Notes under the pieces: model-generated | Told to the model about the DNA's origin: nothing | Database searches by the model: none | What the model saw: only the letters and a program-made list of their open reading frames with translations | Shown: one piece after another, positions 28,354 through 38,072 of the stretch | Layout of the letters: every line of letters starts with the position of its first letter | Numbering within the stretch: the stretch's first letter is position 1 | Program-made: the position numbers and the translations under genes | Assembly: GCA_963820115.1 (NCBI GenBank) | Contig: CAWFYP010000001.1 | Coordinates: forward strand, 698,897-762,896 | DNA from: an uncultured Alphaproteobacteria bacterium | GTDB lineage: Bacteria; Pseudomonadota; Alphaproteobacteria; Rhizobiales; Methyloligellaceae | Reading direction: 5' to 3' | Length of the DNA: 64,000 nucleotides

Positions 28354-31300
28354 ATGACCGGTAGACCAATTTTCCACGATCCGACGGGCAGGCGCGGCCG
28401 CGTCCTGGGGCGGCTTGCCTGGGCGGCAGGCACGCTCAGCGCGCTCGTCACCGTCCTTTTCATCGCCACGCTGATGGTGGCGCATCGGCCGGGAGTGGAG
28501 CGTGCCGATCCCGGGGCGCCGAGGCCGTCGATCCGTTGTGCCTGGGCGCCCACCTGCGCGACGGCGCATGCGTTGAACACGACGCCGGCCGCCGATCCCG
28601 AGCTGCTCAAGCAGGCAAACAAGCTCGCCGCCGAATTGCGGGAGAGGGAGAGAGGTTTGCGTGGCCAACGCCCGCAAGCGGAAGTGATCGACCGGCGCCC
28701 GTTGCCGGCATCGCTTGCCTCTCCCCACGACCGCTCCTTGAGCATCGGCTTTTATGTGAACTGGGACGACAACAGCTACCCGGCCTTGAAGCGGGCGCTG
28801 CCGCATCTCGATTGGCTCGTTCCGGGTTGGCTCAGCCTTGAAGGGCCGGACATGGCGGTGAAGGCCGATGTCGACGCCCGCGTACTGAACTACATCCAGG
28901 CCACCAAGCCTAACCTCCCGATCCTGCCCATGATCCAGAACGCGGTGGAGGGCAAATGGGACGGCGCGGGTCTCGCCAAGCTCTTGGCCGATCCCACCCA
29001 GCGCGCCACACGCGTCGCGGAGATCGTTGCTTTTCTCGACAAATACAAGTTCCAGGGTCTCACGGTCGACTTCGAGGAGGTGCCGGCGGCGGCGCAGAAG
29101 AATCTGCAGCTGTTCCTCACGGAAATGGCCGCTGCCTTCGCGCCGCACCAATACGTCATCGCGCTGGCGGTGCCCTTCGACGACGACGCGTGGCCCTATG
29201 CGACCTATGCCCACATCGTCGATTTCATGATGCTCATGGGTTACGACCAGCATTGGGAGGAGGGTGAGCCCGGAAGCATCGCCGGTCAAAGCTGGTTCGA
29301 GGACATTCTCGACAAGCGCATGAAGACGCTCGACCCCGAGCGCACCATCATCGCCATCGGCAGCTATGGCTACGACTGGGTGAAGGGCAAGAACGCCGAC
29401 GACCTCACCTTCGAGGAGGCGGTGTTGTCGGCACGCGATTCGGAAGCCGACATCGACTTCGATCCGGAGACCAACAACCCTCACTTCTCGTTTGTCGAGG
29501 ACAATGGCCAGCGCCACGACGTTTGGTTCCTGGACGGCGTCACCGCCTTCAACGAGGTCCATGCCGCCGACGTGTACCGCCTGGCCGGCTACGCCCTGTG
29601 GCGGCTTGGTTCCGAGGACCCATCGATCTGGTCGGTGCTTGGGCGTCCCTATGATGCGGCCGTGCCCGACGCCTTGGGGGAGATCGGGACGAGCGAGGAC
29701 ATCGATTTCGAGGGGGAGGGGGAGATCCTGCGCGTGGCCGAGCGCCCGGCGACGGGCGCGCGGGTGATGGAGATCGACAAGGACACGGGCGACGTCGTCG
29801 ACCAGACCTACACCAAGATTCCCACGCCCTATGTGATCGAGCGGACCGGGGCCAAGCCAGGCGAGCTCGCGCTCACCTTCGACGATGGCCCGGACCCCGA
29901 TTGGACGCCGAAGATCCTCGACATTCTGAAGGACAAGGGTGTCAAGGCGAGTTTCTTCATCATCGGCAACAACGCGCAAGCCTATCCCGACCTCGTGCAA
30001 CGCATCCTCGCCGAAGGTCACGATGTGGGGAACCACACTTTCACCCACCCCAATCTCGGGGAGATGCCGAACGCGCTCGTCACTCTCGAGATCAACGCCA
30101 CGCAGCGACTGTTCGAGGCTTTGACCGGGCGATCCATGCGGCTGTTCCGGGCGCCCTATTTCGGCGACGCCGAGCCGACCACGGGCGATGAGATCGCGCC
30201 GATCGAGGCCGCCCAGTCCATGGGCTATTTCTCGGTCGGGCTGCATGTCGACCCGGACGATTGGCAGCGGCCTCCGGTCGACACCATCGTCCAACGGGCC
30301 GTGGCCCAGGTCATGGATCCAAACCCAGATATCCGGGGCCATATCATCCTGCTGCACGATTCCGGCGGCGACCGCTCACGCACCGTCGCGGCGCTGCCGA
30401 AGCTCATCGATGCGCTGCGGGCCAAGGGCTATAGCTTCGTGCCGGTGTCGGAGCTTGCCGGGCTCACGCGCGATCAGGCGATGCCGCCCGTTCCCCTCAC
30501 CTCGCTCGGGAGGCTCGTCGGTCTGCCGGTGTTCATGACGCTTGGCTGGCTCGGCCATCTGCTCACCAGTCTGTTCATCGTTGCCATCTGGCTCGGCGTC
30601 GCGCGGCTCCTGTTCCTGTGCGTCATCGCCTTGCGCAACCGCCGGGCGGAGGCCAAGCGCGTGCCGCCCCCCTTGCCGGAGCCCGCGCCGCTGCAGTCGG
30701 TGCTGATCCCCGCCTTCAATGAGGCCAAGGTCATCGTGCGCTCGATCGGTCACATCCTGGCGAGCGACTATCCCAATCTCGAAATCATCGTCATCGACGA
30801 CGGCTCGACCGACGGCACGGCGGACCGCGTGCGGGAGCATTTTGCCGACGATCCGCGCGTCACGCTTCTGACCGTGCCCAACGGCGGCAAGGCGAGGGCG
30901 CTCAATTGCGGCTTGCGCCAGGCGCGAGGCGGCGTGGTCGTGGCGCTCGACGCCGACACGCATTTCCAGTCCGATTCCATCACCAAGCTCGTGCGCTGGT
31001 TCGCGGACCCGGACGTCGGCGCGGTGGCCGGGAACGCCAAGGTGGGCAACCGCATCAACGTCATCACTCGCTGGCAGGCGCTGGAATATGTGACGAGCCA
31101 GAATCTGGAGCGGCGTGAGCTCGCCGCCCTTGGCTGCATCACCGTCGTGCCGGGGGCCATCGGCGCCTGGCGGCGCGAGGCGTTGGAAAAGCTTGGCGGG
31201 TTCCCCGTCGACACGCTGGCCGAGGACCAAGACCTTACTATTTCCATGCTCAAGGCCGGCTACAAGGTGCTGTACGAACTCTTCTGCCATCGCCTGGACC

Positions 31301-31804
31301 GAGGCGCCCGACACGGTGAGGGGCCTCGTCAAGCAACGCTTCCGCTGGGCCTTCGGCACGCTGCAATGTTTGTGGAAGCATCGCGCGGTGACGCTGCGGC
31401 CGCGTTACGGCACGCTCGGGCTGGTGGCCTTGCCGCAGACCTGGCTGTTCCAGTTCCTGTTCACCCTACTTGCACCGCTCGTCGATCTCGCGCTGTTCTG
31501 GCGGCTGGCCATCTCGACCTACGACGTGCTGCAACATCCCGATCAGTTCGACAGCGATGCCCTGCGCAAGGTGCTCGTCTATTACCTCGTCTTCCTGGTC
31601 GTCGACCTTGGCGGCGCGGCGATCGCGCTCGCCATGGAGCACAAGGAGAAATGGGGTCTCGTGCCCTGGCTCGTGCTGCAGCGTTTCGGCTACCGCCAGC
31701 TGATGTATTACGTGGTGATTAAGGCGATGTTCGCCGCCGCGCTTGGGCCGCTGGTCGGCTGGGGCAAACTGGAGCGCAAATCCACGGTCGGGGCGACCGC
31801 GTAG
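28354..31804 (+). pseudogene. fused GH18-like / polysaccharide deacetylase (CE4) / family-2 glycosyltransferase (PgaC/IcaA-like synthase), frameshifted near 31277
   Basis: ORF 28354..31722 carries a TM segment, GH18-like GLTVDFEE...MGYDQHW, CE4 FDDGPDPDWTP...HDVGNHTFTHP and GT2 IPAFNE...VIDDGSTDGT...ALDADT...LAEDQDLT. The QRFRWAFG motif and C-terminal TM segments continue in ORF 31115..31804, in the +1 frame. Confidence 0.85.
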
Positions 31805-31837
31805 GCGCCTCCTGGCAACGGGGCGGCCGCTCGATGC

Positions 31838-32494
31838 CTACAGCTTGTCGTAGGTCAAACAGCAGCAATCCTTCAATCCGTCCGGACGTATTTTGCAGGC
31901 GAGCTTTTCCTCGGCCCCCGGGCACGGTTCGGGGTTGACGTCGGCGGTCAATCCCCTCCGGCACGTCGCGGTGTAATGGACGCAATTGCCGCCCAGCAAT
32001 TCTGAATTCTTCGGGCAGTGACAATCATTGGGTGGCGTCCCGACCATGCCGTGCGGGCAGGGCTGGCCCGCCGCCGGCGCTCCGCCCGGCGGCTCGCAAT
32101 AGCCGGATTGGGTCGGCACCGCGAGAACCCGGTAGCCCGGAGGGCAGGCATGCTCGCCCGGCTTAACGGCCCCATTTTCCGGGAGGCCGCTTTGGGCGCC
32201 GGGAGCAGGGGCGGTCGCGTCTTGCTCCCCCGGCGGGGCTGGAGTTGAGGTGTCCGGAACGTCTTGATCGACGCCCGGGATGGCATTCTTTCCGTGCTCC
32301 ACGACGCCGGGGGCCGACTTACATCCCCACGTGCCTTCGGACATGCCGCAGACGATCTTGGCTTCGAGCACAAGATGTCGCGCCGATGACGGCCGGGTAA
32401 ACTGCCCGACGGCCGCGGCTTCGTCACCGCCGCCGAGCGCCAAGAGCAGCACCCAAAGCGAAGACGCCAGCACAAAGGCGAACAGCAGACGCAT
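31838..32494 (-). CDS. hypothetical secreted cysteine-rich protein
   Basis: Shine-Dalgarno GGACGGAG. Signal peptide MRLLFAFVLASSLWVLLLAL. C-terminal half with about 14 Cys (ACPPGY...CEPP...PCPHG...CHCPKN...NCVHYTATC...DCCCLTYDKL). Confidence 0.65.
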   Translation of the reverse strand: MRLLFAFVLASSLWVLLLALGGGDEAAAVGQFTRPSSARHLVLEAKIVCGMSEGTWGCKSAPGVVEHGKNAIPGVDQDVPDTSTPAPPGEQDATAPAPGAQSGLPENGAVKPGEHACPPGYRVLAVPTQSGYCEPPGGAPAAGQPCPHGMVGTPPNDCHCPKNSELLGGNCVHYTATCRRGLTADVNPEPCPGAEEKLACKIRPDGLKDCCCLTYDKL

Positions 32495-32720
32495 GGAAAC
32501 TCCGTCCGATAAGGCGGCTCATATAATGGCATAGGAACCGGATCAGAACAGCCGGGTGGGGCGACCTCTCGCAGGCGACCCGCTCGTCACGGGTTGGCGC
32601 AGGCCAAGTGTCCCGAATCGGGCCTCTTGCCAGCGGGCCGTTCGCTTGACACGATAGGTTCATAAGGCGGCGCGGGGGGCTGGCGGCCTTCCCGCGCGCG
32701 TAACGCCAAGGGAGGAGATC

Positions 32721-34769
32721 ATGGGCCAAGCGCAGGGCCAACCAGCCCGCAGCGCCCGCTGCATCGCACTGGTTGGCCCCTATCTCAGCGGTAAAACGAC
32801 ACTTCTCGAAGCCATCCTGGCGCGCACCGGCGCCATCAGCCGGCAGGGTTCATCGGGCGGCCAGAACACGGTCGGCGACGCCTCGGAGGAGGCCCGCCAT
32901 CACGGCATGAGCGTCGAGCTCAACGTGGCCACGGTCGAATTTCTCGGCAACTCCTTTACCTTCCTCGATTGCCCCGGCTCCATCGAATTCCAGGCCGACG
33001 CTCTGAACGCGCTCACCGCCTGTGACGCGGCGGTCGTGGTGTGCGAGCCGGACGAGAAGAAGGTCCCGGCGCTGCAACTCATCCTCAAGCAGCTCGAGGA
33101 TCGCGGCGTCCCCCATTTCCTCTTCATCAACAAGATCGATAAGGCCGAGGCGCGGGTGCGGGACATCGTGCCCATGCTGCAGCCGGCCTCCACCAAGCCA
33201 CTCGTGCTGCGCCAGGTGCCGATCTGGGAGAACGACATCGTCACCGGGTTCATCGACCTCGCGCTCGAGCGTGCCTTCGTCTATCGCGAGCATGCGGCAA
33301 GCGAGGTGATCACCATTCCCGACGCGCTGGCCGAGCGCGAGAAGGAAGCGCGGTTCTCCATGCTGGAGAAGCTTGCCGACTATGACGACGAGCTGATGGA
33401 GCAGCTGCTTGAGGACGTGCCGCCGCCGCGGGACAAGATTTTCGATGACCTTGCCCATGAGCTGCGCGACGGTGCCATCTGCCCCGTGCTGATCGGCTCG
33501 GCGGAGAACGGCAACGGCATCCTGCGCCTGCTCAAGGCGCTGAGGCACGAAGCCCCTTTTGTCGATAGCACTGCCAATCGCCTGGGAGTCGTCGGGGCCC
33601 CTTCTTGCGCCTATGTGCTCAAGACCTTCCACACCGCCCATGGCGGCAAGCTGTCACTTGCCCGCGTGTTGACCGGCGCCTTTGCCGACGGCACCACCGT
33701 CTATGGCGGCGCGGAGGAAGAGCGCATCTCCGGCGTCTTCACCCTACTCGGCCAGGAGCCCACCAAGCGCGGCGAGGCGCATGCAGGCGACACGGTCGCC
33801 TTCGGCCGGCTGGAAAGCATCACGACCGGCGACACGCTCTCGGCGGAGAAGGGCAAGGCGAGCAAGATCGAAGTGCCGCACATCGCCGATCCGGTTTTCG
33901 GCCTCGCCATCGCCGCGCGCGAGAAGAAGGACGAGGTGAAGCTCACCGCGGCCATCGCCAAGATCATCGAGGAGGATCCCTCCATCTCCCTCACCCACAG
34001 CCAGGACATGGGCGAGATGGTGTTGTGGGGGCAGGGCGAGATGCATCTTCGCGTCGCGCTCGAGAAGCTCACGCGCAAATATGGCATCGAGGCCGACACG
34101 CGGCCGCGCGCGATTCCCTATAAGGAGACCATCCGCAAGTCGACGGAAGTGCGCGGGCGGCACAAGAAGCAGTCGGGCGGCCATGGCCAGTTCGGCGACG
34201 TGGTAGTGACCATCAAGCCGCGCCCGCGCGGGGCGGGGTTCGAGTTCAGCGATGAGATCACGGGCGGTGTAGTGCCCAAGAACTACATCCCCTCGGTCGA
34301 AATCGGCGTGCGCGACTATCTGAATTCAGGTCCGCTCGGCTTCAACGTCGTGGACGTCGGCGTATGCCTAATCGACGGCTCCTACCACTCGGTCAATTCC
34401 TCGGACATGGCCTTCCGCCAGGCGGGGCGCATCGCCGTGAGCGAGGGGCTGCCGCAATGCTCGCCGGTGCTGCTCGAGCCGGTCATGGCAGTGGAGATCG
34501 CCGTACCCTCGGACGCCACGGCCAAGATCAACGGCATCATCTCTTCCCGGCGGGGGCAGATCCTCGGCTTCGACGCGCGTCCGGGCTGGCCCGGCTGGGA
34601 CCTGGTGGAGGCGCATATCCCCGAGTCGGAAATCCAGAACCTGATCGTGGAAGTGCGCTCGGCGACGGCGGGGGTGGGCACTTTCACCGCCACATTCGAT
34701 CATCTCGCCGAGCTCACCGGCAAGATCGCCGACCAGGTGCTGGCCCATCGCGGCGCCAAAGCGGCTTGA
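32721..34769 (+). CDS. elongation factor G family GTPase (EF-G paralog)
   Basis: GGAGGAG Shine-Dalgarno. G1 GPYLSGKTT, G3 DCPG, G4 NKID, and EF-G domains II-V recognisable (GKLSLARVLTG..., HKKQSGGHGQFGDV, DGSYHSVNSSDMAF). Confidence 0.88.
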   Translation: MGQAQGQPARSARCIALVGPYLSGKTTLLEAILARTGAISRQGSSGGQNTVGDASEEARHHGMSVELNVATVEFLGNSFTFLDCPGSIEFQADALNALTACDAAVVVCEPDEKKVPALQLILKQLEDRGVPHFLFINKIDKAEARVRDIVPMLQPASTKPLVLRQVPIWENDIVTGFIDLALERAFVYREHAASEVITIPDALAEREKEARFSMLEKLADYDDELMEQLLEDVPPPRDKIFDDLAHELRDGAICPVLIGSAENGNGILRLLKALRHEAPFVDSTANRLGVVGAPSCAYVLKTFHTAHGGKLSLARVLTGAFADGTTVYGGAEEERISGVFTLLGQEPTKRGEAHAGDTVAFGRLESITTGDTLSAEKGKASKIEVPHIADPVFGLAIAAREKKDEVKLTAAIAKIIEEDPSISLTHSQDMGEMVLWGQGEMHLRVALEKLTRKYGIEADTRPRAIPYKETIRKSTEVRGRHKKQSGGHGQFGDVVVTIKPRPRGAGFEFSDEITGGVVPKNYIPSVEIGVRDYLNSGPLGFNVVDVGVCLIDGSYHSVNSSDMAFRQAGRIAVSEGLPQCSPVLLEPVMAVEIAVPSDATAKINGIISSRRGQILGFDARPGWPGWDLVEAHIPESEIQNLIVEVRSATAGVGTFTATFDHLAELTGKIADQVLAHRGAKAA

Positions 34770-34857
34770 CGAGCGCGGCGCGGTTCGGCAGTTGTCTCGG
34801 CTTCACATAATGACCATTAGCTCTTTTGAGGTGTTCCCATGACGATCTATCCGCCCC

Positions 34858-36066
34858 TTGAAATCCCTGAGAACTCTTGCCGCCGGCCCCGGGCCGGGGA
34901 ACACCGATCCGCGCGTATTGGAGCGCTTCGCCAAGACGGGCGTGGCCGACCATATGCAAAAGGACGTGCTCCGCGGCATGATCGAGGCCAAGGAGATGCT
35001 CCGCGAGCTATGGGGCACCAAGAACGTCTATACCTATGGCGTCGCCGGCACGGGCTTCTCGGGGCTCGACTGCGTGCTGTCGCTGATCCTGCCCGGCGAC
35101 AAGGTCGTGGCGTTCCCCAACGGCACCTTCTCCGGCATCGACAGCCTGACCATCCGCATGAAGGCCGCGACCGCTGAGGAGCTTGCGGCGGACTCCCTCA
35201 ATCCCAAGCCGAAAAGCGTGATCGTTGTCGAGACGCCGCACGGCCAGTCGGTCACTGGCGAAACCGTGGACAAGGCGCTTGCTGAGCACAAGCCGATGTG
35301 GGCGTTCATGGCCCATTGGGAGACCGGCTCGGGACGCATCAACGACCTGAAAGGCTTCAGCGACGCCTGCCTCAAGCACGGCGTGATGGGCATCGTCGAT
35401 GCGGTGTCGAGCCTCGGGGTTGCCGACTTCAACATCGACGACTATCTGGGCGTCGTTGCCTGGGCGTCGTGTCCGCAGAAGGGCGTGCTCTCGCTGCCGC
35501 TCACCTATGCGCCGGTGAGCTTCACCGACAAGGCGATCGAGATGGTGCGCAAGCGCGGTTGCCGCACCTATGTGCACCACCCGATCCTCGACGCACGCCA
35601 CTGGGGCATCATTGACGGCAAGGACGCCGCCCCCGCCTATCACCAAACCCATTCCTGCTATGCAGTGGCCGCGTTCCACGAGGCGTTGCGCATCATCCTG
35701 GGCTATGGCCGGCGCCGCAAGGCTAGCGACTACGCTTATCACGAGAGGGCGTTGCGCCAGGCGGTGGAGGCCATGGGCTGCGACGTCACCTCGAATATGA
35801 CGAGCCTCATCGTGCTCAATCTGCCGGGCAAGCTCAAGGGCAAGGAGAAGGAGCTGGTGCAGGGCGCGCGCGCGCAAGGGTTCGGCATTTGGCCGACGCT
35901 CTCGGAGCCCGTCCAGGTGCGCATCGGTATTCTCAATCAGCTGAGCCCCGAGCAGATCACCGAAATCGTCGGCCGCTTCGCCGATGCCATGCTCGCCATG
36001 GGCGCCGAGTTCGATAAGCAGAAGGTGATGAACCAGCTCAAATCGTATTACGCCAAGGCCGCGTAA
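34858..36066 (+). CDS. class V PLP-dependent aminotransferase (alanine/serine--glyoxylate aminotransferase family)
   Basis: LAAGPGPGNTDPRVL N-terminus and a fold-type I class V pattern. The listed start is a TTG at 34858 with no Shine-Dalgarno. A Shine-Dalgarno-preceded ATG at 34839 is out of frame by 1 nt (see findings). Confidence 0.8.
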   Translation: MKSLRTLAAGPGPGNTDPRVLERFAKTGVADHMQKDVLRGMIEAKEMLRELWGTKNVYTYGVAGTGFSGLDCVLSLILPGDKVVAFPNGTFSGIDSLTIRMKAATAEELAADSLNPKPKSVIVVETPHGQSVTGETVDKALAEHKPMWAFMAHWETGSGRINDLKGFSDACLKHGVMGIVDAVSSLGVADFNIDDYLGVVAWASCPQKGVLSLPLTYAPVSFTDKAIEMVRKRGCRTYVHHPILDARHWGIIDGKDAAPAYHQTHSCYAVAAFHEALRIILGYGRRRKASDYAYHERALRQAVEAMGCDVTSNMTSLIVLNLPGKLKGKEKELVQGARAQGFGIWPTLSEPVQVRIGILNQLSPEQITEIVGRFADAMLAMGAEFDKQKVMNQLKSYYAKAA

Positions 36067-36125
36067 GACATCGGCGACTGTGCCCGCGTGGGCCGCGGGT
36101 GCCGGAACGGCTGAGGGCGGCCGCG

Positions 36126-36680
36126 TCAGGGGTTGATGCGGCTGATCTTCGAGCCTTCGAGCGTCAGATTGTACATCAGCCCCGTGGGGTCAAGCACGAA
36201 GCCGATGACGGGGCTCGTGATCTTGTCGGTGTCGATGGAGGCGCCGGCGCCGATGGTGATCAAGGCGACCGATCCGTCGACGCCGACCTTCCAGCCGGCC
36301 TTGCGGTCGAAGCTGGTAAGCGCGTTGGGGGTCATGAACATGATGATGACGGTGCGCGCCTGGGCGCCGAACTGAAAGCCGAACGACGCCGAGACGAGAT
36401 TGTAAAAGCCTGCGGTTCTACCGGCGACGAGTAGCGCCCCTTCGCCATATTCCCCGCCGAAGCCGAAGCCTGCTTTCACCACGGTGGGGAAGACCAGGAT
36501 GCCAGCGGCATGATTGGCGAGATCGCGGCCGCCCGGCACCTGACGGAAGAAATCGTTAAGGCTGGCGTGAACGTCGGCGTTGATCCGCGCGGCCGAGGCC
36601 CGAGCGCCGCTCGGGGGCCAAACCAGGATCGCCGCGGCGGCAAGCACGGCAATCAGGACTGCCCGTTGGATGATCCTCAT
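36126..36680 (-). CDS. SYLF (Ysc84-like, DUF500) lipid-binding domain protein, secreted
   Basis: Signal peptide, then AAGILVFPTVVKAGFGFGGEYGEGALLVAGR...SFGFQFGAQ...GWKVGVDGSVA, typical of SYLF domains. Confidence 0.75.
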   Translation of the reverse strand: MRIIQRAVLIAVLAAAAILVWPPSGARASAARINADVHASLNDFFRQVPGGRDLANHAAGILVFPTVVKAGFGFGGEYGEGALLVAGRTAGFYNLVSASFGFQFGAQARTVIIMFMTPNALTSFDRKAGWKVGVDGSVALITIGAGASIDTDKITSPVIGFVLDPTGLMYNLTLEGSKISRINP

Positions 36681-36875
36681 GGGTGCGACCTCCCCGAATC
36701 AATTCTCGTTGAATTGCGCGAACCTAACACGGCAATGGGGCAGGGATAGGTCGGCCGCCAACGATGTTGCGATGCGGTATGACGACTCTGTCGCACGGCG
36801 CTTCGCCCGCACGCCGCTTCTATCGTCCACCGCTTCTTTGCTAATGTCCGGCAGCCGCGTCGGGAGTATTGCGCA

Positions 36876-37622
36876 ATGGGTTCGCCGTCTGTTGGTATCG
36901 CCGCCCGTCATATCGCGGGGCGCATAGCCCTCGTCTTGGCTGTGCTTCTTGGTTGCCACGCGGCATCGCGCGCCGAGGACAAGCCGCCTCCGTGCATTGA
37001 CGATGCGATGATCGTGTTCGACGCCTCGGGGTCGATGTCCGGTAACCAGACCCTCGGCATTCCCAATTCGCGCGCCCGCATTGACGAGGCACGCTCCGCT
37101 CTCGCCCAGGTGTTGCCCAACGCCACCAAGTTTCGCCGCGTGGGTCTCGTGACCTACGGGCCCGGGCCGTACAACCAGTGCAACGTGAAACTCAATTTCA
37201 AGCCCACGCCCAATGCCGCCCTGCCCATCATGAGCGCGGTGAACTCCATCGTTCCCGCCGGCAAGACACCGTTGACCGAAGGCATCGAGACGGCAGCCGA
37301 GGCCCTCGACTACCGTACCAAGCCGGGCGTCATAGTGGTGATCACGGATGGCGAGGAGACCTGTGGCCGATCCCCGTGCCAGCTTGGCCAGCAACTGCAT
37401 GCTGCGGCTTTCAAGCTCATCATCCACACGATTGCGTTTCAATATGAAAACTTTTCGTGGACCGGCGGAAACAGCGCCATGGATTTGAAATGCGTGGCCG
37501 ACGCGAATGATGGCCTCTACATCAAGGCCAACAGCGAAGAGGAACTCGTCAAGGCGCTGGAGAAGACGCTCGACTGCCCGATGGTCTCCATGGCGCCGCT
37601 AAAGCAATTGCCGCTGCGCTAG
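36876..37622 (+). CDS. secreted von Willebrand factor A domain protein
   Basis: Signal peptide, MIDAS VFDASGSMSG, ...GKTPLTEGI..., VVITDGEETCG. Confidence 0.8.
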   Translation: MGSPSVGIAARHIAGRIALVLAVLLGCHAASRAEDKPPPCIDDAMIVFDASGSMSGNQTLGIPNSRARIDEARSALAQVLPNATKFRRVGLVTYGPGPYNQCNVKLNFKPTPNAALPIMSAVNSIVPAGKTPLTEGIETAAEALDYRTKPGVIVVITDGEETCGRSPCQLGQQLHAAAFKLIIHTIAFQYENFSWTGGNSAMDLKCVADANDGLYIKANSEEELVKALEKTLDCPMVSMAPLKQLPLR

Positions 37623-37656
37623 CGCGCGGTCGCAGCAAGAGTAAGGCGTGAGCCTT

Positions 37657-37977
37657 TCAGTTGGGCTTCGCGGCGGGTGCGGAGCCACAGGGCACGGCCG
37701 AGATCGTGCAGTTGCTATAGAGACCCTGATTGACGCAGGACATTTGCGGGTCCTTGGCCGTCTCCAATTTTGCGTCGCTATAGATGGCGGTCGCCTTGGC
37801 CAGCCATTCCTTCTGCGCCGCCTCGATGGATTGCTCGGGCGAGGGGGCGAAGCTCGGGCCCCGCGCAGTGATTGGTTCGCCGGCACATTGTTGCTCGGCC
37901 GCGTTTCCGGCCGATGGCGCGAGTGCCGATATGGCGAGGACCAACATTGATCGGACGATAGAAGCGACCTTCGACAT
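37657..37977 (-). CDS. hypothetical small secreted protein
   Basis: GGAAGGA Shine-Dalgarno. Signal peptide MSKVASIVRSMLVLAISALAPSAGNA. 4 Cys. No family recognised. Confidence 0.6.
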   Translation of the reverse strand: MSKVASIVRSMLVLAISALAPSAGNAAEQQCAGEPITARGPSFAPSPEQSIEAAQKEWLAKATAIYSDAKLETAKDPQMSCVNQGLYSNCTISAVPCGSAPAAKPN

Positions 37978-38072
37978 CGGGCCTTTCCTTCCCCAACGAG
38001 GGCTCGATCACTAGCATGGAACCCGGTCATCCCGCCACGCAGGTTGCAAGGGGCGTGCGGAGTCCCTTTGTC

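Noticed and set aside
28219-30357. 712-aa minus-strand ORF
   Set aside because: It lies antisense to the clearly coding GH18/CE4/GT2 gene. Its translation is Arg/Gly/Val/Asp-rich with no recognisable motifs, the typical shadow ORF of a high-GC gene.
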